NCBI RefSeq assembly: GCF_004010195.1
Contig: NW_025215381.1
Coordinates: 1,260,906-1,300,856 of the forward strand
DNA: 39,951 bases
Origin: Chiloscyllium plagiosum
Lineage: Eukaryota
Reading direction: 5' to 3'
Positions 1-14,990 of this stretch are shown here, piece by piece; within the stretch, counting starts at the first letter, position 1; each line of letters opens with the position of its first letter. Under the pieces are notes generated by a model. It searched no databases. It was not told where the DNA came from and saw only the letters and a list, made by a program, of their open reading frames with translations. Both the position numbers and the translations under genes were made by a program.

Positions 1-555
1 TAACATTAACTAAACGCTATTTCTTGTACTGTAAACTTCTTCAGGAGAAATTCAGCTAAACAATTCCCTCTGCAGCTATAATTTCTTCCCTTGCTTTAGA
101 AGACACTATATTCTTTTGCAGCAGTCTCAAGTGACTCTTGGCTCTCAAGGCCTTGCTGCTCTTTCTTTTCCAGCCAGATGCTTCTAATCTCTGACCTGGC
201 TTTTACAGTAAGCATCAATTTGGAGCCTCCTTCCTTTCACCAAAGCTGCTTGAACCTTATTTAAATCTTCAAAATAAGCTAGGTCTTTTTAGTATGAGGG
301 TGAGCTTGTACAGTAAACAGTTGAGACAGACTGACTGACTAGCTTGCATTTTCTTGCACTCAGCAAGTTGCCCTATGACAGCTTACCCCCTCAAACTTAG
401 CACCATGGTACCTACAATCAAATGATTTATGTCCAGGATGAAATGCTGGTTGGCTAACTTTTTCAAATCCAATTTCATTCTATCTTGAAACTCCCAAGTA
501 TAACAATTTTACAAAACATAACACTCTTAAGATTCGTAAAGACTAAGTTGTAACA
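1..555 (-). mobile_element. Possible LTR fragment
   Basis: On the minus strand the block begins TGTTACA at 555, a typical LTR terminus. The other end is outside the window. Confidence 0.25.
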
Positions 556-570
556 GTTCAACCAAATTTG

Positions 571-1864
<1,294 letters not shown>

Positions 1865-2179
1865 TAATTACAAGACTTGCAAGGGTACTTTAAAGGAGTA
1901 ATAACCAGAAAGTTAATGTCGAACCTTGTAAAATGGGGCTAATGGTGAAACGTTTGGTTAATTAGATAATGAGCATTTTGAAGGTGGTGTGGAGGGCAGA
2001 TGTTCATGGAGAGAATGCCAGAGTTTAGAGTTGAGATCGATGAAGGCACAGCCAACAGGCAAAACTAGGAGACGCAAGAGGCCAGAGTCAGCAGCACAGA
2101 TCAGGAGAGTTCTGCAATCTGAAAGAGGTTGTGCAGATGGGGAGTGTTGGCAGAGGCTGGAGGAGACTTTAAATTAACA

Positions 2180-2890
2180 GGATGCAGGCATCACCAGATA
2201 AGCTAGCATTTGTTCCCCATTCCTTGGGGTAATGAGTTGCAATCTGGAGTGAGGACACCCACACAGACAGTGCTGTTAGGAAGGGGTTACCTAGATTTTT
2301 GTCCATGTGACAGTGAAGAAACAGATGATGTATTTAAGTCAGGATAGGAAAATGTATGACATGGAGGGCAAACTGCAGATGGTGAAATTCCATAAATCTG
2401 TCTTTTCCTGAAAGATTTCAGGTTTGGAAAGTGTTGTTAATCTTGCAGATGTGTCAGAAGGAGGGAGAGTGTGTTGAAGGCACGTAGTTGGAGAGGTCGA
2501 TGAAGCAGGCTGATTTATCCAGAATTGCATTGAACTTGCATTGTTGGAGCTGCATTCATCTAATCAAGTGGTGAATATTCCATCACACCTGACTTGCGTC
2601 TTGTAGTTGTGGACAGGCATTGGGGAGTTGAGCAGTGAGTTAGTTGTGCAGAAATTCTGGCCTTTGACCAGCTTTTGTAGCTATATTATTAACATAGCTG
2701 CTGCAGTTCAGTTTCTGGTCACCAGCATCCCCCAGGATTGTTATGGTAGGGTCAGCAATGCTAATTCTATTGAAGATCTTGGATGATGGTTGGATTCTCT
2801 CTTGTTGGAAATGGTCACTGTCTAACACTTTTGTGTGGAGAAAATATTACTTGCCACTTATCAACACAAGCTTGAATGCTGTCCATGTTA
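2180..2890 (-). mobile_element. Old CR1/L2-like LINE fragment
   Basis: Minus-strand remnant TITILG..DQKLNCSSYVNNIATKAGQR, typical of the non-LTR RT C-terminus. Confidence 0.6.
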
Positions 2891-3124
2891 CAGCGATGGA
2901 GAGAGCTACAGTGGCTGGGGTGGATTGTCAGGGCTAGATGGGAGGGTGTAGGGTCTGGAGGAGACTACATTGAGTTCAGCTGAAAATTGCCACTGTGGAT
3001 TATACTTGCTAACCATTGCCAATTGTCACATGCTATGTGTGCCTGTTTTAATACAATAACCCAGTGAATTGTTAAGTCATCTCTCACATAGATGTAATGT
3101 ACCTCCTTTCTCTGTTGTGATTAG

Positions 3125-3373
<249 letters not shown>

Positions 3374-3555
3374 TAACGTTTCACAACCTGGGGATGCCTG
3401 AACGCACTTTTTCTGTCCTTTAAGTAGAGGTGGTCGTTGTAGGAAAGGTGACAACTAATTTGGACAGAACAAGATCCCAAAAATAGCATGCAGCAGTGAG
3501 CAGTTTGGCCCATTCCTATCAAAGATTGTGACTATCAACCTTTGAAGCTGAGTAA

Positions 3556-4497
<942 letters not shown>

Positions 4498-5021
4498 AAA
4501 AGTGATTTCTTACCTTTTTCATCTTCTTGTATTAATTAGTCTTTTTCTCATTGTTTTTAATTCTACAAACTGCAATTAATTTGTCAGAATGGGCACTCTA
4601 CTGCAGCATCTTAGCTCAACAGCTTACTGGGTGAATGTCAAGGGAAGATTACTTTGTATCTAACTCAATGCTGTACTTGTCCTGAGAGTGTTTGGGGACA
4701 TGGTCAAGGAAGCTTCGCTTGAGTAGCGGATAGTTTAATCTTTGCATTGGTAGTGTCTTTAATAATTGAAGTTTGTTTGTAAGTTTGATCTTAGTTTCTA
4801 ATTACTTGTTAATTGGTTTCTGAAAAAACACACTAATTGAGTCAGTCCTCCCAGATGACCTTGTTTGTGTTTGTGAGATTGGTGCTTGTGCAGTTAATGA
4901 GCAGGTTGTGTGGAATTCTGCTTGTACCTGTTGGTGCACAATTATAGAATGATGGAAATCTGACCTCTACTCAGGTTGTAACTGGCAGTTATTTAATCTG
5001 AAATTTGCTTTTGCTTCCCAG

Positions 5022-5148
5022 GCTTTCCCACCAGGCCCATATACAACATCTCAAGCATATGGTGGCTCTTTTGGGCCACCTGTTCCTGTCAGCACACCTG
5101 GAGGCCCAATGAATTTCAGTCAGGTGCCAGGTGGCTCCTTTGTAACAG
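5022..5148 (+). CDS. CHD3: CHD3 penultimate constitutive coding exon (127 nt)
   Basis: ttgcttcccag| acceptor and CAG|gttagt donor. Encodes AFPPGPYTTSQAYGGSFGPPVPVSTPGGPMNFSQVPGGSFVT, resembling the CHD3-specific AYPPGPY...NYSQMPAGSFIT segment. Confidence 0.92.
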
Positions 5149-5289
5149 GTTAGTGATGTGTATTTTGTGAGCTCTAATTTGATTAACCATATTGTGGATA
5201 GGAATGCAATGGGTAAGCAAAGGGGACCTTAACAGGTGGTTGTTCTCATTTCTCTACACCGTTTCCTCGGGGAATAAGCCAAAAATATA

Positions 5290-5530
5290 GAAAACAAAAA
5301 GATCACAACTGGGATGGTTTTGTCTGGATAGAAACCATCTCTAATCTAGTCTGTATTAGCATTAGTTCTTATAAGGCTGGAGGGTTGCCATAATCGTGCA
5401 ATAAGGGAGGGATAACCACATCTCTGGGTGTAAGTCTAGAATTGCAATCCAGAGAAACTGGGACCACTCACTAGAAAATTGGAAGATACTTGGACTCTTC
5501 TTCATCTGACCCAAAGACAGGAATGTCATC
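5290..5530 (-). mobile_element. Degenerate tRNA-SINE-like repeat (family of 33680 and 36335)
   Basis: Weak reverse-complement similarity to the SINEs at 33680 and 36335. Confidence 0.35.
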
Positions 5531-5547
5531 ACTGCAGTTATGGGTGC

Positions 5548-5563
5548 GGGGGGGGGGGGGGGG
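5548..5563 (+). repeat. Poly-G run (about 16 nt)
   Basis: Seen directly. Confidence 0.9.
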
Positions 5564-7057
5564 AGTGCTCACTACTGTTGAAGGGCCAGTAATAGCCATG
5601 ATGAATGAGCCACAACCCTTTTTTTTTTTAAACCCTTAACACAGTACAGAAGGGAAATGAATTAATGTCACCACAGCTAATCTGCTTTTATTATGCTAGT
5701 GTGAGGAGTCCATGGTATAAATGTCAACAATGCAGGGAGCCCCATAAACAGCTAACCAGCCTGCCTACAACTGTGCTGATGTACTATCGGTGAACCTGAG
5801 GTAACTGATTTTGGGGGACTGAGGATACAGCCCTTTTTTCTTGTGAAATCCCCTCATGTAGAAACCATAAAAATGATTTAGCTCAGAAGGGGGCCATTTG
5901 GCCCATCTTGTCCAGAGGCAACATACTTTTCAGAAATCTCTTGAGGTAAATCAGCTCTTGTCAAATGAGGTAATAGCTCTGTAATATTTTAGCTCTGTTC
6001 CTTCCCCATAGTGTCAAAAACCCAGTTACAGTTGTTCATCTCTGCTATCTTGGTGAGTTAGCTGGAACGTCACACAGTTCCTGAATGAAAAGATTGAAAA
6101 ACAGACAAAATGCTGGAGAACCTCAACGGATTTGGCAACATTTGTTGAGTGGGGAACAATGTTTTGAGTTGAAATGTGTCGGAAATTTTTTCATGTTTTA
6201 TATATGTTTGACAGTGACGTAGGAGGGCTAATGGGAGCAAATGGCATAGAGGCCGATTTAAGAGGTTGTCAATGGTAATGAAAGAAAAAAGCAACTAGGT
6301 GTAAAAACTTTCTTATACATGCTCACTCTGGTGTTCTTAATCACCAACCAGCCTCCTGCCCATTCGCCTGTCCCTTGGGTATGGCATTGTCCTTTTGAGC
6401 AGTGCAAACAGATCAGTGCTCCTCAGTACTCCAGACCTCAAGGTCCTTGTGGTGTGCATCCCTTTGTGTTTCATCATCTTTCATTCTGCCAGTACAAATC
6501 CGTTACAATGAATCAGGCAAATAAAGTAACACTTTTTCTAATGCTGCCCAAAGGCAACATGAATACTAGGAATTTGCTCTCTTGGGAAATGAGGGAATAG
6601 CATTTATTTCGATTCTGCATATTGAAGCTAGACCAGCATTTCCTGACCACTAGTTATCACATACAGAGTGTGATCTCACCTGGGGACAGCCAGGGAGATG
6701 TGGAAAAGATGTGGAAAATGCCTCCAAAGCTGCTCTGAAAGGAAAGTGAGTATGAGTGGAAAACATGGGTGTTGCCCTTCACGGCTGAATGACAAAGTCC
6801 AGCTGCTGTTTGTTGATACACACCACAATGGACATATCATTCACTGAGTGGTGAGGGGAGAGGTGTATTGATGCCAGGTAAACTCTGTCTGCTGTGTTTA
6901 AATGTTTTAGAGTTTTGTCTATTCCAACAGCTTGATATTTGAACTAACGAAAGGGTTGTTTTTCCTTTTTTCTCTCTCCTGTCCTGCCCGCCCTGCTTCT
7001 GTTCCCTCCTCCCCTCCCTCCTGCCTCTCATGCCCCCTTCTTTCTATTCTGTACAAG

Positions 7058-7222
7058 ATCCTGTACAGCTCCCCCCACCAGTGAGCTTTCAACATCCCGT
7101 TTCTGGAGCACTCACAAGCCAGGGCCACCTCATCCTCCCACAGCCTTTTCTGCAGCCTCCCACCCAGAGGCCCATCTCTTTCAGTAACGACAAACTTCCT
7201 ACTAACACGCTGGGAGCCGCAG
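7058..7222 (+). CDS. CHD3: Candidate alternatively spliced CHD3 cassette exon (165 nt, phase 1-1, Pro-rich)
   Basis: About 95 nt pyrimidine tract (6957-7050), caag| acceptor and GCAG|gtgcag donor. Open in the required phase: DPVQLPPPVSFQHPVSGALTSQGHLILPQPFLQPPTQRPISFSNDKLPTNTLGAA. No TE similarity seen. Confidence 0.55.
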
Positions 7223-9163
7223 GTGCAGCATCAATTATCATCCCACTCTCTATTTATGTCTTATTTCTTGTGAAGGCTGATGCTTTGAAACTGTGTCTGT
7301 GTCTCATCACATCTGTTGTGCATGTTCAGAAGCTCTGAAGGGAGGGACTATTACCATCAGGATCTTTTTGACTGGTTGATTATGACATTTCTCTCAACCA
7401 CTCAAATGGTTAAATGAGTGGGTAATATGGACCAACAAAGTCCTACATTTTGGATTTTTTCGCAGCATGGTTAACTGATTGTTGTCCAGTTGGAGCAATT
7501 ATAGCTGAAATGGCAGCCATATCTCTGTAATGTAACTCCAAGCACCTGGATTAGGCAAGGTCGCATCCTAATCTCTAGAAAGCATGATTATCCTTTCTGA
7601 TGCTCCCCCTCAATAGAACAACCTGACAATTCCTTTCCCATGCTCAAGTACCAGGGAGAAGTTGCAAGTGCATTTTTTCAAGGGAGGAGAACTCCAGAGT
7701 TCCCACCTAGCCCCTGTGCCAAATATAGAAAACATTCCCTTTATTTCTTCCTATACCTTCAGTTATTCCATTGCATGGTATAACATTAGAGTGAGGTAAG
7801 CATAGTCAACTGCGGCAGGCCTCTCTTGGACCCTTATTTGTGTGTTGCCCATAAGTGGAGCCAACCCTGTACTTGAAACCTACATTAGCTATGCTCAAGA
7901 GTTCCCTGTATAGATTATCAGTTTCCCTGCTGAGCTGGTTTTTTTTTCAATCTGCTTTCCCCAAAATATTAAATTCTCTCAATCTACAGAATCAGACTAT
8001 TGTTTGCCTGTGATAGTATCACTAGAGGCTGGCTGCTTGGATTAACTCGTACCTCTTAGCATTTGATGACCTCGTTTCTGACTAGGAGTTGTGTAACTAT
8101 TTTCTAGTGCAGAGTTTATTAAAATTAGTGCATTAATCAGCTGTCTTGTTCCTGCTGAGCGATTTTTGGATCGAAATTTCTGTCCAATAAGTTATCCAAA
8201 CCACATTAATTTTCATGACTTCCTTCATGAGTTCTGCTGGTGAGAGTTCTATCCATTTTTCCTGTTTGCACTCTATCATTCGTTCATTCACTTGTTCTTG
8301 TCTGTGGGACAGCTTCCGAACGTGCTTCACCATATGCATGTCCCAGATTTAATAGCTCTGGAGTTATCTCCATTCATCAACTTTGCATGCTTTCTGTCAT
8401 ACCTTTCACTGCACTGAAGCAGAATTTTGAACAGTGTCATACCATGTATTAAAATTGTAGTGATTATTGACTCATAAGTTTTAGGTTTGAAATTAAATTG
8501 TGCATCATGTGTTTGGGTGACTTATTAAACCAGTGCCTCTATTTAATGAGTTAAGGAACATCATCTACATGATGGTAATTGTGAATATTTGCAGTATTAA
8601 TTGTTAACTTCTGTACACACAGAAGTAGTTATGATTAGTTTAATAGTCAACATTTCACTCTGGATTGTATGAAGTTTAAATGATGAGTATTGTTGTTAGA
8701 AGCAGTTCTTAACTGTTTTATTATGGACATATCTGGATAATTCAGAATCTTGACAGCACTTTGTATTTGTCTGAGAAGTAGTTGCTCTTCAACGATTGAA
8801 GTTCAATTGTTACATTTAAGTTGTTTTTCTGCAGTGATATCTTGGCAGGTTATTCCTGGAGTCAAGAATAAATTATCAGGCTTCCCACTCTTCATCGTTC
8901 TCTACATCTTCCTGCTGTTATGTCAGGACAGTGCTGTAGGATGCGTAACCTTCTGATGTTGTCTAGATTCTGAAGTAGAGCAACAACTTGTGTTGGTGCC
9001 AGTAAAGCTTTCCTATCCATGTAGAAATGGAGGGAAGGTGCTGAGGAGAATGAGGAAACAATTGGTGCTGCCAACCAGTGGTCCATCTCCGGTGGATTAA
9101 ACTTGACCTTGCTTTTTGGGACATTTTCAAGCATTGGTAATATGGCATTCCAGATTGAAACGT

Positions 9164-9487
9164 GGATGGCACAGTGGTTAGCACTGCTGCCTCACAGCGC
9201 CAGAGACCCGGGTTCAATTCCCGACTCAGGCGACTGTCTGTGTGGAGTTTGCACGTTCTCCCCGTGTCTGCGTGGGTTTCCTCCAGGTGCTCCGGTTTCC
9301 TCCCACAGTCCAAAGATGTGCAGGTCAGGTGAATTGGCCATGCTAAATTGCCTGTAGTGTTAGGTAAGGGGTAAATGTAGGGGTATGGGTGGGTTGCGCT
9401 TTGGCGGGTCGGTGTGGACTTGTTGGGTCGAAGGGCCTGTTTCCACACTGTAATGTAATGTAATCTAATCTAATCTAATCTAATCTA
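9164..9487 (+). mobile_element. HE1-type SINE, well preserved, with (TAATC)n tail
   Basis: ggcacagtggttagcactgctgcctcacagcgccagagacccgggttcaattcc...ttccacactgtaa followed by the TAATG/TAATC tail. Confidence 0.92.
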
Positions 9488-10456
9488 GCTCACTGCCAAT
9501 TGAATATCATTCATTGAAACCACCAGTGAGTTCATTAACCTGAGCAAGAATGAATACTGAATAGTCATTGAGTACTGCTTTACCTAACAATTCATTCCCA
9601 CCAATCCTCACTAGAGGCTGCAAGTGAGCTGAGAATGTGGCGGTATTGTCAGCAGAGCCACTGATACCACAGAAACCATCTTCTCTACTATGAACTCCGA
9701 TTTTTATTTCTGTTCTCAGTAAATGCTGTTAACAAGTACATGTATACACAAGTAGATATTTCAGCTGGATAAGCAGATCAGGAGCAATGCTATCTTCCAG
9801 TGTCATTAGCTTGGTTCTAAAGCATTGGAACAACATGCAGCAACTCTTTCTATTGGAGGGAGGGTCAGTTACCAGGGGACACTTCATTTTGGCCAGATGG
9901 TGAGAGGTTTACTGGGCTATTGGGAAAGAGATGAGAGTGTGGGAGCAGGTCTAGTTAAATAGGTTGCTTACAAAAAAAAGCGCAATGGATCGAATTGCCT
10001 ACAACCTTGCTGTGTTATTCTTTATGGTATCTGTAATGTGCTATCATACCTGTCATAATACTGGCGAGGTGCAGCCTTGGGTGTTCAGTCAGTGCTGTTG
10101 GTATCGACAGATGGCTGAATTACAAAAGGATTGTATAGATTATAAAGGTATAAACGTTGATTTCAATAACAGGTGAGCAAATACAATTAGAACTCTAATT
10201 GTATGTCATAAAGATCATTAAACCTGTTTCAAGCTTAGTAAATCAAACTCTTTAATGGAGAAAAGAGAATCCCAAGGTGGCTCACAGGGACATTATCAAA
10301 CAAAAGTTTGAAACAGGAACTTGGGACCTAGAAGAAGGCTCAGGCCCTATTGAGCCTGTTCTGTCATTCAAAAAAATTAATAAGGGTGACGTGGTTATGG
10401 TTTCAATCCCATTTGATGGGGTTCCAACTCAACCCAGATTGTTAACTCCTTTGTAT

Positions 10457-11066
10457 GTACATTGAGTATGAGAGTTGGGATGTTCATGTGGCTGTACAGG
10501 ACATTGGTTAGGCCACTTTTGGAATACGGTGTTCAATTCTGGCCTCTCTCTGCTATAGGACAGATGTTAAACTTGCAAGAGTTCCAAAAATAAATTTACA
10601 AGGATGTTGCTGGGATTGGAGTGTTTGAACTAAAGTGAGAGGATGAATGGGCTCAGACTATTTTCCCTGAAATATTGGAGGCTGAAGGATGACTTTTTTT
10701 AATAGTGATTTATAAAATCATCAGGGGCATGGATAGGGTGAATAGCCAAGGTATTTTTCCCCAGAGTGGTGAGTTCAAAAATAGAGGACGTAAGTTAAGA
10801 TGAGAGGGGCAAGATTTAAAAGGGACCTATAAGGGCAAACATTTTCACAGAGGGTGGTGCGTGTATAGAATGAGCTGCCAGAGGAGATGGAGGAGGCTGG
10901 TACAATTGCAATATTGAAAAGGCATCTGGATGGGTATATGAGTAGGAAGAGTTTAGAAGGGTATGGGCCAAATGATGGTAAATGGGACCACATCAATTTA
11001 GGATATCTGGTTGGCATTGGCAAGTTGGACCAAAGGATCTGTTTCCATGCTGTACAACTCTATGAT
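10457..11066 (+). mobile_element. CR1-type LINE 3' fragment
   Basis: LYRTLVRPLLEY.VQFW remnant and 3' UTR; ILKRHLDGYM motif. Confidence 0.85.
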
Positions 11067-11479
11067 GCAAATTTATCTAACTGTCTAGAATAAATTCAGT
11101 GATCCTGCTTCAATATTTTCTGGGGGAAAGAATACCAGGGACTGACAGTCCTGCACCATATGCCGTGCAATGACTTGTTCAAGGAGGTACCTTCTGAGGA
11201 ATGTCCAAACATGGAGAGACTTACAGAAAAGGAGAGTTTTAAGGAAGAAATTTAGTTTACAGTCAACGTGGCTGAGAGGTAGAACATTGGAAGGCCGGGA
11301 TATACAAGAGTTCAGAATTAAAAGTAATTTGGTAGAATAGTACTTGATTATGCTTGAGAAAAAGACCTTTTTATTGAGCTTAGATGGTCATTTGAGGGTA
11401 GGGTAATGGAGGAATATTGGAAGAGTAGGACAAGTCTTAAACTTGGAGTCAAGTGAGCTAAAAGGGGTCATGAAATAGC

Positions 11480-12740
11480 TTTGTGGCATCCTTAAATACA
11501 GGTGAGGTGCCAGATGACTGGACGTTTGCTCATGTTGCCCCCTGTACAAGAAGGGTAGTAGGGATATTCCGGGTAACTACAGACCAGTGAGCCTGACATC
11601 GGTGGCGGGAAAGTTGCTGGAGAGGATACTGAGGGATAGGATCTCCTTATATTTAGAAAGGATAGGGCTTATCAGTGACAGGCAATATGGTTTTGTGTGG
11701 GGGAGATCATACCTTACCAATTTAATAGAGTTCTTTTGAGGAAGTGACCAAGTTGATAGATGAAGGAAGGGCTGTTGATGATATATACACGGACTTTAGT
11801 AAGGTGTTTGATCAGGTTCCCCATGGTAGACTAATGGAGAAAGTGAAGTCACATGATGTGCAGGGTGTTCTAGCAGGTGGATAAAGAACTGGTTGAGCAA
11901 CAGGAGACAGTAGTAGTTGAAGGGAGTTTCTCGAAATGGAGAAAAGTGACCAGTGGTGTTCCACAGGGAACAGTGTTGGGGCCACTGTTGTTTGTAATAT
12001 ACATAAATGATCTGCAAGAGGGCACTGTTGGTTTAATCAGCAAGTTTGCAGATGACATGAAGATTGGTAGAGTAGCAGAAAGCATAAGGAACTGTCAGAG
12101 AATACAGGAGTATATAGATAGACTGGAGAGTTGGGCAGGGAAGTGGCAGATGGATTTCAATCCAGACGAATGTGAGGTGATGCATTTAGGCAAGACTAAT
12201 TCTTGAGTGAATTATACAATGAACGGAAGAGCCTTGGGAAAAGTTGATAGGTAGAGAGATTTAGGAGTGCAGGTCCTTTGTACGCTGAAGGTTGCTACAC
12301 AGGTGGATAAAGTGGTCAAGAAGGCATATAGTATGCTTGCCTTCATCGGACGGGGTATTGAGTATAAGCTGAAAATGTGTTGCTGGAAAAGCGCTGCAGA
12401 TCAGACAGCATCCAGAGAACAGGAGAATCGACATTTCGGGCATAAGCCCTTCTTCAGGAATGTCCTATTGAGTATAAGGGTTGGCAAGTCATCTTAAAAT
12501 TTACAAGACATTGGTTTGACCACATTTAGAATACTGTGTACAGTTCTGGGCGTCACGTTACCAAAAGGATGTGGACACTTTGGAGAGGGTGTAGAGAAGG
12601 TTTACGAGGATGTTGCCTGGTATGGAAGGTGCTAGCTATGACAAGATGTTGAGGAGGTTAGGATTGTTTTCATTAGAAGAAAGGAGATTGAGGGGCGACC
12701 TGATTGAGGTTGATAAAATCATGAAGGGTATAGACAGGGT
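11480..12740 (+). mobile_element. CR1-type LINE RT region, interrupted by a Penelope-like insertion
   Basis: NYRPVSLTSV, DFSKVFDQVPH, GVPQGTVLGPLLFVIYINDL and KFADD motifs with frameshifts. Confidence 0.92.
12369..12465 (-). mobile_element. Penelope-like terminal-repeat fragment (family A) with hammerhead core, 13-bp TSD
   Basis: TATTGAGTATAAG at 12356-12368 and 12466-12478. Minus strand reads CTGAAGA-A-GGGC-ttat-GCCC-GAAA-TG-TC. Confidence 0.8.
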
Positions 12741-12845
12741 ACAAAGTTCAAAATCACACAACACCAGGTTATAGTCCAACAGGTTTAATTGGAAGCACAC
12801 TAGCTTTTGGAGCGTCGCTCCTTCATCAGGTACTATCACCTGATC
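12740..12845 (-). mobile_element. Penelope-like terminal-repeat fragment (family B), hammerhead core mutated
   Basis: Minus strand CTGATGA-A-GGAGC-gac-GCTCC-AAAA-GC-TA-GTG (G12 changed to A); same family as 22314, 33318 and 38550. Confidence 0.75.
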
Positions 12846-13825
12846 TGTCATGGTAAATTGGTTCAGACATTAAATTGCATGGGATCCATGATGAGTTGGT
12901 AAGTTTGACACAAATTTGGTTTGATCATAGGACACAAAGGGTCTGTGACTAGTGCTGTTCAGCTAGGACCTAATAATATATGCAAATGATATCAATGAAA
13001 ATTAACAGACAACATGAAAATTGGCAGAGTTGTGGATATTGAGGAAGATTGTCAAAGGATACCGTGAGATATAGATCAGCTGGAAAGTTAGGCCATGAAA
13101 TAGGTGGAGTTTCTGAGGTTGTGCATTTTGGGTGTTGCAAGAGGAAAGCATACAGTAAATGACAGGACCGTTGGGAGCTTTAATATGCACAGAAATCTTG
13201 GGCCCATTGTTTCCTTAAGGTGGTAAAGGTGATGTATAACCTTTGTTGGTCAGAGTACTGAGTTTAAAAGTTGGAAGGTCATGTTGCAGCTGCATTGGAC
13301 TTTGGGCAACAATTTGAATATTGTGTGCCATTCTGACCAGAAACTGTGTAGGCTTTGGAGAGTGAGCAGAAGAGATTTACCGGATGTTATGTAAATTGGA
13401 TTGTATTGGCTACAATGAGATATTGGACAAACTTGGATTGTTTTTGCTAAAACATCAGAGGCTGAGGGGTAACCTGATAGAAATGGAGAAGTTATGAGAA
13501 GGTTGGATAGTTGGAGTCTCTTTCCCAGTGTGGAAATGTCAAATACTATGGGCTATGTGTTTTGGGTGCAAGGGGGAGTGTTTAAAGGAGATGAGAAAAA
13601 ATGTTGTTCTTTTTTCAACTCTGAATGGTAGATGCTTAGAACATGCAGCCAGTCGAGGTAGCAGAAATAGATACATTAGCAAAGTTTAAATCTGCACTTA
13701 GCCACATGAACAGACAGTGCATATCCCTCCATTCTATGTGCAGCCAGATGGGATTAGTTTAGAATGGCATCTTAGTCAGTGTTGATGGGCATGTTCCTGT
13801 GCTATACTGTTCAATATTCTTTGTT
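12846..13825 (+). mobile_element. Degenerate CR1-type LINE
   Basis: Decayed similarity to the adjacent CR1 RT and 3' regions. Confidence 0.7.
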
Positions 13826-14229
13826 TAACAAGGGTCATAAAATCCTGAGCTCTAGGTTGTAACAGGTACAGGATTTTTAAAATAAAGCAGTTGGAAAATA
13901 TGGCCTAGTTTCCTGTGGTAATGTTAACCTGCTATGTGTATACTTCATTAAGTAGTTTTGAAGTGTATTGGTGGAATAAAACCTGAGAAAACTGTGGATG
14001 CTGTAAAATAAAAAATACAAATTGCTGGAAAAGCTCAGTAGGCCTGGCATCATCTGTGGAGAGAAATCAGTTAACGTTTTGGGTCAAGTGACCCTTTGAA
14101 ATGTAGTATTTTTGAGATTCTGTCCTGATAACCAACAGATGTCAGCAGAAACATGCTCCACCCCTCTACAACCAAGTAACTGTTTGCACACCAGACCCTT
14201 AAACTTCAGTTGCCCATGCAATACTGAAT

Positions 14230-14990
14230 AATGACGTAATTTGGAGGGGAGGGAGGTTGGGATTATTGGTAACTGAGGAAGACTGCAACACAATAATGAC
14301 ATGAATAAATTTAGAGAATTTGTGTAAATGGCCAGATTAGTAGGTGATGACTCATTTTACAAAGTATGGTAAGGCCATGTACTCGCTCAAAATGATGTTG
14401 AATGGGCCAGAGGAGCAAGATGTGGGGTGCAGCTTCTCATTGTAATGCAACAGAGGAATAGAATTAAAAAGCAAGGAAATTGATATCATTTCCATAGCAG
14501 TTCCAGACTGCACTTGAGACAATTTTGAAGTTATAAAGACATTCTAATTTACTTTTTGTATTTTCTACAACGAGGACATGAGAATGGAGGGATTGCAGTA
14601 GTCAGGAAAGATTGACTCGGAGAAGCCTCATTCTTCTAGAAAAGAGGGATGACCTAATGGAGACCTCTTTTAAATGATGGGGTGTTTTGATAGTCTGGGG
14701 TAGAGAAAATATTTTGACTTTGTGGGGGTGGGTAAGCCAGAACTTGAGACCATCAACATCACAGTCCCTAATAAATCCATTCGGGAATTCTGGAGAGCAG
14801 GTGAGGTGAATGTGAAACTAGTTCACTTCACCTGCATGTGAACAGAATTGATGCATTGAAGGGGGGGAAGCTGGTTAAGTATAAGGGAGAGGGGAATAGG
14901 AGGATTTACTGATTGGAGAAATGAGTGGGTGGGAAGAGGCTTGTAGAGCAAAAACACCAGATTGGGCTGATTGGCCTGTTTCTGTGCAGT
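14230..14990 (+). mobile_element. Highly degenerate CR1-type LINE
   Basis: Decayed CR1 3' similarity ending ...gggctgattggcctgtttctgtgc. Confidence 0.55.

Noticed and set aside
8835..8956. Alternative CHD3 last exon with a hydrophobic tail (VISWQV...CVTF*)
   Set aside because: The acceptor is in phase, but the hydrophobicity reflects T-rich intron sequence and there is no other support.
9164..9240. tRNA gene (also at 4192, 32470, 34818 and 36335)
   Set aside because: A and B boxes run straight into SINE bodies; these are tRNA-derived SINE heads.
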